From Macrostomum lignano (Eukaryota): 64,000 nt of DNA. The notes under the pieces are model-generated. The model was given only the letters and a program-made list of their open reading frames with translations, made no database searches and had not been told where the DNA came from. The DNA lies in contig NIVC01002700.1 of NCBI GenBank assembly GCA_002269645.1, positions 17,505 through 81,504 of the forward strand, read 5' to 3'. Of the stretch, positions 1 to 13,900 are shown piece by piece (the first letter of the stretch is position 1; each line of letters begins with the position of its first letter). A program made the translations under genes and the position numbers.

Positions 1-2
1 AG

Positions 3-3000
3 CGCAAACGACAAGCGATGCGATTGGAGGAGAAGCTTAGCGAGCGGCAGGCCCGCCTGGCCGCAGCAAAGGAGGCTGAAGAGGCGGAACTGAACAGCGT
101 GAAGAGAAACCAAGAGGTGGTGCTCAGAAAAGCGCTTGTGTACCAGGTTGACCTAGACGAGAATACTAGACGGCAGATACTTGAAGAGCACGACAGGAAC
201 ATGCAGGCTGTGACCAACAATCTTCATGTGGGTGCTAAATAGTTTTAACTATCTTAAAACTACGGTTTTTAGGCTTAAAAACATACTCGATATGCTAAAA
301 AAACAAAAAACCCGATCATCCTTTACATATAGATTCGCCTGGCCAGACTTTTCTTAAAATAGCAACAGTCCGATTGGCAAAGAAATTCAAATCTAAAATT
401 GGCAACAGTCCGATCCAGCAAAGGAATTCCATTCTAAAAACAGCAACCCTTACAATCTTAAGAAGTCCGTTCCAAGAATAGCAACCAATCAAATCTAAGG
501 TAGTCTATTGTAAAATAGCAACCAGTCCAATCCAACAGAGAAAGCCTGTTGTAAAAAAATAGCAACCAATTCAATCCAACTGAGAAAGCCTGTTCTAAAA
601 ATAGCAACTGATTCAATCCAACTGAGAAAGCCTATTCTAAAAATAGCAACCGATTCAATCCAACCGAGAAAGCCTGTTCTAAAAATAGCAACCAATTCAA
701 TCCAACTGAGAAAGCCTGTTCTAAAAATAGCAACCAATTCAATCCAACTGAGAAAGCCTGTTCTAAAAATATCAACCAATCCAATTTAACTTAGAAAGCC
801 CGTTCTAAAAATAGCAACCAATCCAATCCAACTTAGAAAGCCCGTTCTAAAAATAGTCACCAGTCCAATCCAACAGAGAAAGCCCGTTCTAATTGACTAA
901 TGTTAGTCGCATGCAAATTATCAGGCAGAAATATGAGTAGACAGCACGCATCCACTACAAACTAATTGTGTTGCAGCTGAGTCGTCACAAGCAGGAGGCC
1001 AGCCTTGAGGCAAAGCTCGCTCAGCGCCGCGCGGAGGCTGATCGCCTCAAGAAGGAGGCTCACGACGCTCGACTGGCCATAGACGACGAGCGACGCGGCG
1101 ACCTGGACAAACTGGACGCCGAGCTCAATCGCAAGCTGGACGAGAACAAAAAACAGTTGGAGCTGGAAAGGCGCAATGGCCTCGCCCAGATTCGCGACGA
1201 GATGGCGCGCGAAACCGAGTCCGCACTCCGGGCCCAGGAGGCCCACATGAGCGCCGTGATTGGACGCCTCCAGACTGGGCGGGCGCGGCGGCACGCGGCG
1301 ATAACGGAGCAGGAAAAAGTGTTAAAAGAGCTGGAAATCCAGCTGCAGGACGGGCTGAAGGGTCGGCTCCGCTCTGGCGATGTCCAAGGACTCGACCAGG
1401 TGCTGCAGAGCTACAACAACCAGGTGGCGGCGATGGAGCGGCAGTTGGATCACGAGCGGCGTCACCAGGATCGCCAGCTGACCGAGGAGTTGCAGCGGCG
1501 GAAGCTGGACAGGCGGGACCGGGTTCAGGAGGAGGTCGACAAGGAGGAGGACAAGTCTATCAAAGCGCTGAAGGCCAGCGGGCACGGGTCAGTGGCTGAT
1601 TCAGGATCTACCCAGGATGTCTGGGTGTCAGGATGTCTGGGTGTCAGGATGTCTGGGTGTCAGGATGTCTGGGTGTCAGGATGTCTGGGTGTCAGGATGT
1701 CTGGGTGTCAGGATGTCTGGGTGTCAGGATGTCTGGGTGTCAGGATGTCTGGGTGTCAGGATGTCTGGGTGTCAGGATGTCTGGGTGTCAGGATGTCTGG
1801 GTGTCAGGATGTCTGGGTGTCAGGATGTCTGGGTGTCAGGATGTCTGGGTGTCAGGATGTCTGGGTGTCAGGATGTCTGGGTGTCAGGATGTCTGGGTGT
1901 CAGGATGTCTGGGTGTCAGGATGTCTGGGTGTCAGGATGTCTGGGTGTCAGGATGTCTGGGTGTCAGGATGTCTGGGTGTCAGGATGTCTGGGTGTCAGG
2001 ATGCCTGGGTGTCAGGATGCCTGGGTGTCAGGATGTCTGAGTGTCAGGATGTCTGGTTGTCAAGATGCCTGGGTGTCGCGTTGAATGTCAGAGACTTCAT
2101 TATGGGTGTCAGGTGAAGGGCATGACAGTTCGTGCATATCCAAAACAAACACTAAATAATTTACTTTTTACAGCCGCATGGCCAAATTTGTAATGGACTC
2201 GGTGCTTGACACAAAGTACAGAAATTCCATGCTGGAAATCAACGAAGAGATGCGAATGGAATTGCGCAAAGAGCAGGAGCTGCTCGACAGAGAAATGGAG
2301 GACGAGCTGAAAGCCGAGCTCGATGTGAGTAATAATGCTATGCCAGTTTCATTAGTTTTGGCTATTGGCTTATTAAGGCGAAATTTAACTGCTTTTAACC
2401 TCTTTTTAATCACAGAGATGCCATTGATAACTGACTAATTGCTATTTTTCAAACAGTTTTGGGCTAGGGTAAATAGATCGGATCGGTTGCTATTTTTAGA
2501 ACAGCGTTCGCAGCTCTGGGGGTAGAATGGATCGGATTGGTTGCTATTTTTAGATCAATTTTCGTCTCTGTAGAATGGATCCTATTGGCTGCTATTTTTA
2601 GATCACACTTAAGGGTGGATCATTATTGTTATGTTAAGGTTGCTATAGCGATTCTACAAGCTAAATAAAACTCTTAGAGTGAAAGCGAATCATGATTGCT
2701 GAAGTAAAAACAAAACCTACATGTAAATCCACCAGTATTTTTTTGCCTCTATCATTTCAGAAGCAGCGAGAGCATCTGTTTGGCCAGCTGACAGCTCTAA
2801 CAGACTTGTCACCAGACGAGGTCAAAGAGATGGTAGACAAGGCCGCCAAGTCTGCCGGGGCGGGCAAACGTTTGACCCGAAAGATGACTAACGAGTTTGT
2901 CAGCATAGTTCAGGAGTCTAGAAGTGAGCTGGGGCAGCTGCACTGATCTTGCTGAAGTGATCAATCATTTTGAGGTTGCGTAAATACATTGGGATGCTGG

Positions 3001-3836
3001 CCTAGCCACTGGGGATCTGGGAGGCTAGGATAGCAACTGAGGATCTGGGAGGCTAGGATAGCAACTGAGGATCTGGGAGGCTAGGATAGCAACTGAGGAT
3101 CTGGGAGGCTAGGATAGCAACTGAGGATCTGGGAGGCTGGGATAGCAACTGAGGATCTGGGAGGCTAGGATAGCAACTGAGGATCTGGAAGGCTAGGATA
3201 GCAACTGAGGATCTGGGAGGCTAGGATAGCAACTGAGGATCTGGGAGGCTAGGATAGCAACTGAGGATCTGGGAGGCTAGGATAGCAACTGAGGATCTGG
3301 GAGGCTAGGATAGCAACTGAGGATCTGGGAGGCTAGGATAGCAACTGAGGATCTGGGAGGCTAGGATAGCAACTGAGGGTCTGGGAGGCTAGGATAGCAA
3401 CTGAGGATCTGGGAGGCTTGGATAGCAACTGAGGATCTGGGAGGCTAGGATAGCAACTGAGGATCTGGAAGGCTAGGATAGCAACTGAGGATCTGGGAGG
3501 CTAGGATAGCAACTGAGGATCTGGGGGGCTGGCCGAGCAACTGAGGATCTGGGGGGCTGGCCGAGCAACTGCATGAGGATCTGGGAGGCTAGGATAGCAA
3601 CTGGGGATCTGAGAGGCTGGAGGCCAAGCAACTGAGGATCTGGGATGCTGGCCTAGCAACTGGGAATCTAGCACGGATGCAAAACATCAGTTGCACTACA
3701 ATTTCAAGCAGAAATGAAACTTTGCTTCGCTTTAATTTCTGCAACAATTTCAGACAGCTTCAAGTCGCAGCAGAAAAGATCAGGCAGCTCTCGACAGAAC
3801 AGCCGAGGCAGATACGATGACGGAGACTTCGATTGA
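3..3836 (+). CDS. Uncharacterised charged coiled-coil protein, 3' part (spliced; starts upstream of window). Exons <3-227, 977-1587, 2174-2324, 2761-2923, 3754-3836(stop)
   Basis: GT-AG junctions keep the frame (phases 0,2,0,1): ...NNLH|LSRHKQEASLEAKLAQRR...GHG|RMAKFV...ELD|KQREHL...SR|NSFKSQ...DGDFD*. E/R/K/L/Q-rich heptad-like composition; no family motif recognised. Confidence 0.8.
325..890. repeat. ~39-40 bp minisatellite (aaaatagcaaccaattcaatccaactgagaaagcctgttcta)
   Basis: Tandem copies in intron 1 of gene 1; inverted copies at ~2440-2600. Confidence 0.9.
1612..2075. repeat. 16-bp minisatellite (caggatgtctgggtgt)
   Basis: Near-perfect tandem array at the start of the intron; source of the MSGCQDVWV ORFs. 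Confidence 0.97.
2990..3670. repeat. 28-bp minisatellite (gaggatctgggaggctaggatagcaact)
   Basis: Tandem array; same family at 44598-44975. Confidence 0.95.
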
Positions 3837-4149
3837 TTTCGGTCATTTATTGCGTTAAAAAACTCCACTTCAAAAACAGTTTCCTTTAAATTTGAGATTC
3901 TTTTATTCTTCTCTATAAGGAAAATTAAATATGTTCATATCACACTACTAGCGCTGTGGCATAGAAAGTAGACCCAACGAATATACGAGTTATTTTATCA
4001 ACAGCTTTGGAAATGTCTTCACAACTTTATGATATTGTAAACTTTTTTTGAAAAACTACACTCCAAGTTTTACCGATTTTCTAAATACAGCAGGGATTGA
4101 AAATTTATTCGTCAGACTTTGGTAACTTGTTCGCTTATTTTTCAATCGA

Positions 4150-4620
4150 ATTTCCCTCTGCCCTATCTTCCCCATTGTTTCCTTCCCTCCCCTATCTTCC
4201 CCATTCTTTCCTTCCTCCCTCACCTTCCCCATTCTTTCCTTCCCCCCTTCCCCCTTTCCTTCCCTCCCCTACCTTCCCCATTCTTTCCTTCCCTCCCCTA
4301 CCTTCCCCATTCTTTCCTTCCCTCCCCTACCTTCCCCATTCTTTCCTTCCCTCCCCTACCTTCCCAATTCTTTCCTTATCTCCCCCAATCTTTCCCATTA
4401 CTTCCTTCCCTCCCTCCCTTATCTTCCCCACTCTTTCCTTCCCTCCCCTACCTTCCCCATTCTTTCCTTCCCTCCCCTACCTTCCCCATTCTTTCCTTCC
4501 CTCCCCTACCTTCCCCATTCTTTCCTTCCCTCCCCTACCTTCCCAATTCTTTCCTTATCTCCCCCAATCTTTCCCATTACTTCCTTCCCTCCCTCCCTTA
4601 TCTTCCCCATTGTCTTTTCC
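4150..4620. repeat. Pyrimidine-rich ~29-bp repeat
   Basis: ccctcccctaccttccccattctttcctt units. Confidence 0.85.
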
Positions 4621-6179
4621 TCTCTTCCGTATCTTACTCATTCTTTGCTTATCTAAAATGTAAGATATAAAGAATATAATCTAAAATAAAAAATATAACC
4701 TAAAATATAAAACATGTATACGCTTCTATGCGGTTTAAAAAATCGGCTCACCCAATCAGAATCGACGTATTCCATTATAAAAAATAGGCTCAGCCAATCA
4801 GAATCGACGTGCTTCACTATAAAAAATTGGTTTAGCCAATCAGAATCGAGGTTTTTCACTATAACAAATCGCGGGCCAGTTGGTTGCTTTTTAAACCGTT
4901 GATTTTTCCTGCATGCGAAGATTGCCCTGAACTGCAAAATCTGGATTGAGAAGACTGCGACATCTTACCCAACCAAGGGACATCAAGTTAGATGACACCA
5001 TCCTTTTTTGAGGCAGAAATTCCGTATTCTAATACTATGAGTAGCTTGTTCTTCCTGCATCGGAATTACCAAGAATTCACCAGCTAAGAGCCTGAGAGAG
5101 TTTGCAGCCATACTTATAACAGAAATAACAAAGTTCTTAGAAAACACACCATAGAAAAACATTTATAAAACAGAAGCCTGCACAAAAAGCATGAATTATA
5201 TTGATTTTGTGCGATCGATGGATAGTTAATCATTAAATTTTAATGTATATAATTGTATATATATGTATATACTTAGTGCAAAATACATCATGGACAAAGA
5301 TGTGCTACTTACAGTTATTGTGATAAGTAGTATATATAGTTCTATTTTTCATTAATAACGGAGAAATGATAGTCTACAGGGATTTAAAAAATTAGAAAAA
5401 AGCGCGCATGTAAGAGCTAACAGTCAAATTACAAAAATATGTTTATTAAAATTAGAATGATTGAATAACAGATTGATGGGAGACAGACAAGGAAGGGGAG
5501 AGCTCGCACCAATATTCAAACTGAATTTGCAGGAATTAATTTCCACACCGCATGGCATGGGAGGCTGGCTGGTCGAATTTCAAATTAATGAGAAAATAAA
5601 TTTTACAAAACAAACTGAAGATACGCGACATGTACTACTACTGATACAGCTACAAATCGAATCGGTCATCAGTAGTATGCATGCATATTAAAAAATGATG
5701 AATTATTTTCCAATCGTTACAGACTACTAAGAGAATACGATACGAGAGTAGTAAAGTTGGATGGAAACTATTATTATTATTTAAGGGCGCAAATGATTAA
5801 ACTAGGTCAAACTTATGCACACATCAAACGATTCTTTAAAATTACAATAAAGTGAATTAAGCTAATGATTTTTATGGCTTTTAAAATAGAGATCTTGTTT
5901 GTTTCTACATAGATATCGATTTCAATCTTAAACAGTAATGTTTCACTGGCATTAGATTAACTCACTTACAGGAAATATTTTCACTTTCTGGCATGCATTT
6001 TCAAGATATGCAAAGCTAACAGATTTATCGAGAACTCGTTCGTAGGACAGAATGAAGAAGGCAGCGGGAATCTTGGATGGACAAACAGTTCATATAAACA
6101 CAACATGTTAATTTAGTTTGATAATTTCAAGTTGGAGTTTTTTTTTCAATTTTTTTATTGTCCTTCGTCGAAAAAAGGT

Positions 6180-6365
6180 CTACGCCGCAACTTCGCCGTT
6201 GGTTCGCTCGTCGGCGAAGGCGATCTCGCCCTCATTCTCGTCCCGATCAAGTGACGGGTTGCTGCGCAAAAAGTTGGCAATGTTACCGTAGGACAGGCTG
6301 TTGTTAGTTGAACGCTTATCAAAATCAGCGTCCAAGCCCATTCGGAAGGCGTTCACTACTCGGAT
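6180..6365 (-). CDS. ATP2B: PMCA alternative last exon Z ([15 protein letters not shown]...GEVAA*), 61 aa
   Basis: aaacAG acceptor, phase 0; IRVVNAFR is the canonical b-type CaM-domain continuation. Confidence 0.9.
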   Translation of the reverse strand: MRVVNAFRMGLDADFDKRSTNNSLSYGNIANFLRSNPSLDRDENEGEIAFADERTNGEVAA

Positions 6366-9300
6366 CTGTTTGTGAGTAGTATGAATAGATTGTTGATTTA
6401 GACGTTTTGTTCTGTGTCAAGTTTAAAGTACAGAAATGGTTCATTTCTCTGACAACATGCGAAATGGACTGCTTACACATTTGTTAACTTTTTGTGTAAA
6501 AAATTACACTTTAACAACAGATAGAATAGAATCTAGGAGGATCTGGTAGGAGGTTTTGCACTAGAACGTGGATGCACGCACAGTCTAAGGTGGAACTGGA
6601 ACGGAGGCATACCAAACTGGCATATGGTGAGAATATTTATTTTTAAACAATTTTTTTTACGAGTCAAAATCAGTTTACACAACAAACTTTCATTGAAGCA
6701 TTTAGATTAAAACGCTTCATAGGATACAGTGTGGGTGTCTGTGTGTGTGTTATCAACGGGTCTTCACACTAAATTATCTACACATCGGCAGGTAATAATA
6801 ATATTTCACTGTTGCTTTAGAACGACAAGTTGCAGTAGTGCCGCTGATCATTGCGATCATTAAACAAACAAGCGAGGCGCGAAAAAACACACAAAAAAGC
6901 TGGCGTGACGACGAATGAACATTTTTTTGTTTGTTTGCTTTCGCAAGCTGCGGTGCGGCAACAGTCTCCGTGTATGCAAGGGATTATTGCTTAATACCTG
7001 AAAATTTTGCCGCCTGCAGAAGACAATCGATAAGCAGAGGTTGTCAGGCGAATCGCGACCAATTAGAACGACCGGATTGACTTCTTTGTGTTGTAGCGAT
7101 TATTTTTTATTCTTTTTTAGTTTCATGGGGTCTCTTCTTTCTATTTGATGTGACGACCAGCGTAGTGAAGAGTTGCTTTTTTGTTATTCAGCAATATGTT
7201 TCTTTTTGACAAACACAATACTATAAAACAGTTATTACAACATTGCATTTACTGTTTGAAGCCAACTAAAGCTAGATTTACAGTACTGTGGATGTCATAC
7301 GTGTACACATAGTAATGTAACAGTATGTCATTTTTGCGTATTCTATTCAATAAGCCCGAATGGAGATTTGCAAGGACAAACAATTCAAAACCAGAAACAG
7401 ATTTTTTGCTCGAGACTTGATTCATTTCTCATCATCTACTAATAGGGTAGAAAGAGAAGTATATGTAGCTGATGAGCTGAATTATAGTCTAAACTGGTTA
7501 TTTTCTTTCCTGAGCAAATGTCTTTACATAAATACTCGTAGCTCAAGAGTTCCCTAAATTCAAAGTTTTAGTTTGTTTTTAAGCGGACAAACTTGCGAAA
7601 GTTTTTCATGTGTCCGTTTAAGAAGAGAGTGTAATAAGAATTTTTTTTGCCCTAGAGATTGGCGGTCAAGACTAGTTGACGAAGACGGTGAACCGGTTCT
7701 AACCTCAGTTTAACTGCTTCCTTTCGAATTAGCAACACCTTGCATAGTTCTCCATTCGGGCAAAAACCTGCTGCTCTCTGCTTTAATCTTCAGATTATTT
7801 ATCATTCAAAGCCTGCGTCGAGGCGGACGGCGACGAAGAAGCTGTGGTTGTCATGGTAGCCGGACCAACAGGGCTATTCATAGCTCGACAAGCGACCAGA
7901 GGCATATTTTCTATCGGACGAAGACTCGATTGTTGAGATGACGAAGAGATTCCTTCAATTAATTTATTGTTAGGAGAATCCGCATTCTCTACAGCTGGTA
8001 TACACGAACTGGCTGGTCCATAGAAAGCTTTGGGATGCGTGTTGGAGCGCTGGCTGGGATTCGTCAGACGGCGTCTGCGCAGTTCAATGATTAACTCCTG
8101 CTGCTGGTCATCGAGTCCGTCTACGGTGCTCTTGAAGGCGCGGACTACGCGCAGCTGGATGGATACGTTTGTTTGAGATTTGTCTGTCTGTTTTCTTGTA
8201 TTTTAAAAAATCAAAATCATGCTTGAAATGTCTGTGTGATCCATGAGATTTCATGTACTCATTAATCTGAGTATGTGATCCATGAGATTTCATGTACTCA
8301 TGAATCTTAGTATGATCCATGAGATTTTATGCACTCAAATCTGAGTATATGATCCATGAGATTTTATACACTCAAATCTGAGTATGTGATCCATGAGATT
8401 TTATGTACTCAGAAATCTGAGTATATAATCCATGAGATTCCATGTACTCATAAATCTCAGTATGATCCATGAGATTTCATGTACTCATAAATATCAGTAT
8501 GATCAATGAGATTTCATGTACTCATAAATCTGAGTATATGATCCATGAGATTTCATGTACTCATAAATCTGAGTATATGATCCATGAGATTTCATGTACT
8601 CATAAATCTGAGTATATGATCCATGAGATTTCATGTACTCATAAATCTGAGTATGTGATCCATGAGATTTCATGTACTCATAAATCTGAGTATATGATCC
8701 ATGAGATTTCATGTACTCATAAATCTGAGTATGTGATCCATGAGATTTCATGTACTCATAAATCTGAGTATGTGATCCATGAGATTTCATGTACTCATAA
8801 ATCTGAGTATATGATCCATGAGATTTCATGTACTCATAAATCTGAGTATGTGATCCATGAGATTTCATGTACTCATAAATCTGAGTATGTGATCCATGAG
8901 ATTTCATGTACTCATAAATCTGAGTATGTGATCCATGAGATTTCATGTACTCATAAATCTGAGTATATGATCCATGAGATTTCATGTACTCATAAATCTG
9001 AGTATGTGATCCATGAGATTTCATGTACTCATAAATCTGAGTATGTGATCCATGAGATTTCATGTACTCATAAATCTGAGTATGATTATAAAAAGTAAAG
9101 AGTTGTGAATTCTGGTTAAAGTCCGTAAAAGACAAGTTTAAAACTTCACATCCGTATTGACTTCGCATGCACTCACATCTTTGATTGAATTCTAAACAGA
9201 AAAAAAAGTATTAGAAACCGTAAAATATTGAAACATCCAGTTCAGTTAATGCAGAATAATTTCTTATCAATTTTTATCAAAGCAATTTCATCTAGAACAG

Positions 9301-10918
9301 TATTTAAACTGTTCAAAAACGGTGACAGTAAGTGTAGTAAATTATTTTTTTACTTTGTGAACTACCTTATATACTACTGTATCAGTAACTAGGCTGCTAC
9401 CTAGATCGCATTCTGATTCTGAACAAGATTCACATGTCAGTGCACCAGAAGAACCATTGTAGAACAACATCGTAATAATAAACAACTCTAATTTTACTAT
9501 CAATAAACACTTCTACTATTAGTAATATTATTAGTATTCGATTTCTGTGACAACCTTAAATATTTTTAACTATTTTATGGTCGACTGTTTAACCTTTTAA
9601 TTAGTAAAACAAATATTTTCACGGCAGGTAGCGGGGAGGTAGGGACGCAAGCTTTACTGACTACTGCCATTCCAAATGCCAAACGTGTAGCTATTAATAA
9701 GTCTTGCATACTCAAAATATACTACTCAATTAGTAGTAAGTACTTACTGTTTGCATCTGCAGTGAAGAAAGTTAGCAAATTAAAGAAATAATATTTAATA
9801 TAAACAACAAAATAAAATTTAAACAAATAAAGTAAACAAAAACTGACTAAAGTGCTTTCATTAGAGGAAAACTGAGATAGCTTGTTAGGAAATCTTTTAA
9901 CATACCAATTTAATGCCTTAATCGATTCAATTATTAGTTTCTGTCTTTTTAAAAAGTTACTTTTGACTTTAACTAAAGGTCTGTTTAAACACGGGAATAT
10001 GCGGGAGAATTATTTTGCAGTGTATATATTGGTACAATTTGCATAAACGGCCGATATGTAGCGAAAAAAACTTTCAACGCTACGAAATGAAATACAGAAA
10101 AAAAATAACTGTGCGTTTGGGGTTTAAGTAAAATATACCACTAGACATGAAGAATACAATCGACTAATCAATAATCAAGTGAAAATTTGTCATTGTTATG
10201 TAAATAACGGTTGCGCGAAAAAAAACTAAAAAAGCACTAATACTAAATATACTACTGCTAAGACTGACCAGTAACACGATGTAAACATTAAATGTTGTTT
10301 GTTTACACACACACATATCTATATAATTAGATGTCACAAGATTTGGATGGAATCAACCCGAAGACTCTTGATCAACAAAGAAACAAATTTAAAAAGCAAC
10401 TTTGAGCTGAAGTAGAGGGACAAAATTAAAACAAAAATATGCACAGTTTGTAACAAAAAAAGTAACCTCAATGTTATTAGGCGCAAAATTTGCTAAAGAA
10501 ACCTTAAAAAGCATGAAGGCTTGAAGCACTAGAAATGTATTCAACACAGGGCATAAAAAATAAACTAAACAGAAAAAACCATTTTAAAGCATACAATTTT
10601 TATTTCTTTTGAGGTCTCGAAAATAGCGTGAGATAAAAGACTCGATAAGTTACTGCGCCGTTAATTTATGCGAATTGGAGAATGGAAGATTAGCATAGAC
10701 TGTGCGAGATTTCAGATACACAGAACAGACAGACAGACAGACAGGCAGGCAGACAGACAGACAGACAGACAGACAGGCAGACAGACAGACAGGCAGACAG
10801 ACAGACAGACAGACAGACAGACAGGCAGACAGACAGACAGACAGACAGACAGACAGGCAGACAGACAGACAGACAGACAGACAGACAGGCAGACAGACAG
10901 ACAGGCAGAAAGACAGAC

Positions 10919-10963
<45 letters not shown>

Positions 10964-13900
10964 GGCAGACAGAGAAAGAGAGGTGATGGAGAGGCAACAC
11001 GGGCCACTCCAACATCCCAGAGGTCTCAGGGCAACCCAGAGCAGGCGGGAGGCAAAGCAGGACAGAAGCCGGAGTCACAGCCCCCCTCCCTGCAACTGAA
11101 GCCTGAGCAGCAGTCTAAACCCGCTCGGCACTATTCCTTCTGCTAGTCCCGTCGGCTGAGCTGCCGTCCTTGTCGATGCCAACTGAGCCAGCGGCAGCGG
11201 TCGCAGCTCCGTGATTGGCTGCTCCCGCCGAGCCGGAGCCGATGCTAGAAATGGTCATTCTGCGCTCCTCAATTTGGCGCAGAGTGGAAGCCATCCAAGG
11301 CTCGATGGAGCGCATGTCGTCCACCATGCGACGCTGGAATTTGTGAAAGGCGGAAAAGCTGAGAGACTGGGATTGGCGGAAGAAATGAAGATCGGGATTA
11401 CATATGATAGGAAAACCAGTTTTATTTTATTCAAAACCTTTTTTATTTTATAATTTTATTGCTATACGAATGTGCTAACTTTCCTGAACTGTGTAACACC
11501 CTTTTCCTCAGTCTGTGCACCCTCTTCTGTAGTGTTTGTGCACCCTCTTCTCTAGTCTGTACACCCTCTTCTCTAGTCTGTACACCCTCTTCTCTAGTCT
11601 GCACACCCTCTTCTCTAGTCTGAACACCCTCTTCTCTAGTCTGAACACCCTCTTCTCTAGTCTTTACACCCTCTTCTCTAGTCTGTACACCCTCTTCTCT
11701 AGTCTGAACACCATCTTCTTTAGTCTGTACACCCTCTTCTCTAGTCTGCACACCCTGTTCTCTAGTGTTTGTGCACCCTCTTCTCTAGTCTGCACACCCT
11801 CTTCTCTAGTGTTTGTGCACCCTCTTCTCTAGTCTGAACACCATCTTCTTTAGTCTGTACACCTTCTTCTCTAGTCTGTACACCCTCGTCTCTAGTCTGT
11901 ACACCCTCTTCTCTAGTCTGTACACCCTATTCTCTAGTTTGTACACCCTCTTCTCTAGTCTGTACACCTTCTTCTCTAGTCTGTACAACCTCTTCTCTAG
12001 TGTTTGTGCACCCTCTTCTCTAGTGTTTGTACACCCTCTTCTCTAGTGTTTGTACACCCTCTTCTCTAGTGTTTGTACACCCTCTTCTCTAGTGTTTGTG
12101 CACCCTCTTCTCTAGTGTTTGTGCACCCTCTTCTCTAGTGTTTGTGCACCCTCTTCTCTAGTTTTTGTGCACCCTCTTCTCTAGTCTGTACACCCTCTTC
12201 TCTAGTCTGTACACCCTCTTCTCTAGTCTGTACACCCTCTTCTCTAGTCTGTACACCCTCTTCTCTAGTCTGTACACCTTCTTCTCTAGTCTGTACACCC
12301 TCTTCTCTAGTCTGTACACCCTCTTCTCTAGTGTTTGTGCACCCTCTTCTCTAGTCTGAACACCATCTTCTTTAGTCTGTAAACCATCTTCTTTAGTCTG
12401 TACACCCTCTTCTCTAGTCTGTACACCCTCGTCTCTAGTCTGTACACCCTCTTCTCTAGTCTGTACACCCTCGTCTCTAGTCTGTACACCCTCTTCTCTA
12501 GTCTGTACACCCTCTTCTCTAGTCTGTACAACCTCTTCTCTAGTGTTTGTGCACCCTCTTCTCTCTTCTGTACACATTCATTTCGTCCTCTGCATACTCG
12601 TACCCTCCTTACCCTATTTGTCCATTAAGGTTCCGGTTCTCTGCTTATACTCTAAACACAATCCCTAAGAGAAACAGTTTATTAATAAATAAACAAGAAA
12701 TCAAGAGATAACTAATGACAGTTGCATTGCCTAGTGCCTAGTACAAAGATGGTTTTTAAAGCCTTACTAATATTATCTCTCTAGCTTATGAAGAAACTGT
12801 ATGCAGAAAGGCAGCTGTGCACTTTACACTAAAGAGCTGTAATCTAAACTTCATTAGTGAAATTTTGACTAGAAATTCCTGTACAAGGATAATAGCCAAT
12901 TAATTCAAAACTAGCTAATAGTTATAGTTGAGATTTTCAGATTTAGTTTTTAATATATTAAAGTGACAACAATAATGTCTAATCAGTGTTATTTAAGTAG
13001 CTACTATAAATAATAATATAATGATACACAACATAAAAAATAATATAGCTACGTGACTAAATATATACAATCAATATAATATATGTAAAAAAATAAAAAA
13101 AATATTTAAATTACACTTACATGGACAATTCTTCGGATTAATAAAGTATTCGCGCGACTGTTGCGTGACCTTGTTTGTCCTTCCGGTGTTTTTTTGTTTG
13201 TTTAAATCGGCGCGCGACTCGGCTAGCAAGCCAACAGCCAACAGTCAAATATAAATAAAATAATAAATAACACACTTTTATTAAATAGTACAACAGCAAG
13301 AGCTTTAGTAGTATGAGTCGATTGTATGAGTAAAAAAGTTGAAATCAAATTAAACAAAACTAAACGCACATTGAAAGCAGCCGGGGGCAGAAAATTAACA
13401 AAAAATGCTCAGCATCGCAGAATGACTTCAGAGACGAGGGGGGGGGGGTACCAGCCCCCATTATCATCATATGACGATTCATTTAAGGCTACTAAAAATG
13501 ACTAGAAACATAACTAACTGCTGACAACAGATTTAATAAAACAAGAGCATGCAAAATATCATATGAATTTATTTATTAAAGTTTTTCCTAAATTTGTTGT
13601 CATTTTCAATTGAAACCTAGATATCATTCATCTGGCTTGAATCGATTAAGGCTACTTAAAAATAGATTAACAAATGAAATTTGCTTGCAAGGCATCAATT
13701 AAAAGTAGAAAAAAATCAGTCACTTACCTGAGTCTGCAGCCTAGCTAAACCGCGGATCCACAACACCTGGCCCTTCTTGTTCAGGTCTGTCTCAACCTCG
13801 CCAAGGCCGCCAACCTGATCGGCATTCTCTTCGTCAAGAATCTGCTCGATCTCTTCTTCTGTGCTGCCGCCGATCTCCAGGCAGGATGGCAGAACACTGA

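Noticed and set aside
1588-2116. MSGCQDVWVSGCLGVR repeat tail on ORF 968..2116 and overlapping ORFs
   Set aside because: The true exon ends at 1587 (GG|GTCAGT); the rest is read-through into a 16-bp satellite.
6870-7020. Acceptor-like sites (ctgcag, ttttcag) on the minus strand between last exons Y and Z
   Set aside because: Resulting peptides lack the xRVxxAF motif and look like UTR; cannot support a further terminal exon.
8469-9168. [12 protein letters not shown] / [12 protein letters not shown] repeat ORFs
   Set aside because: 39-bp intronic satellite; periodicity divisible by 3 explains the open frames.
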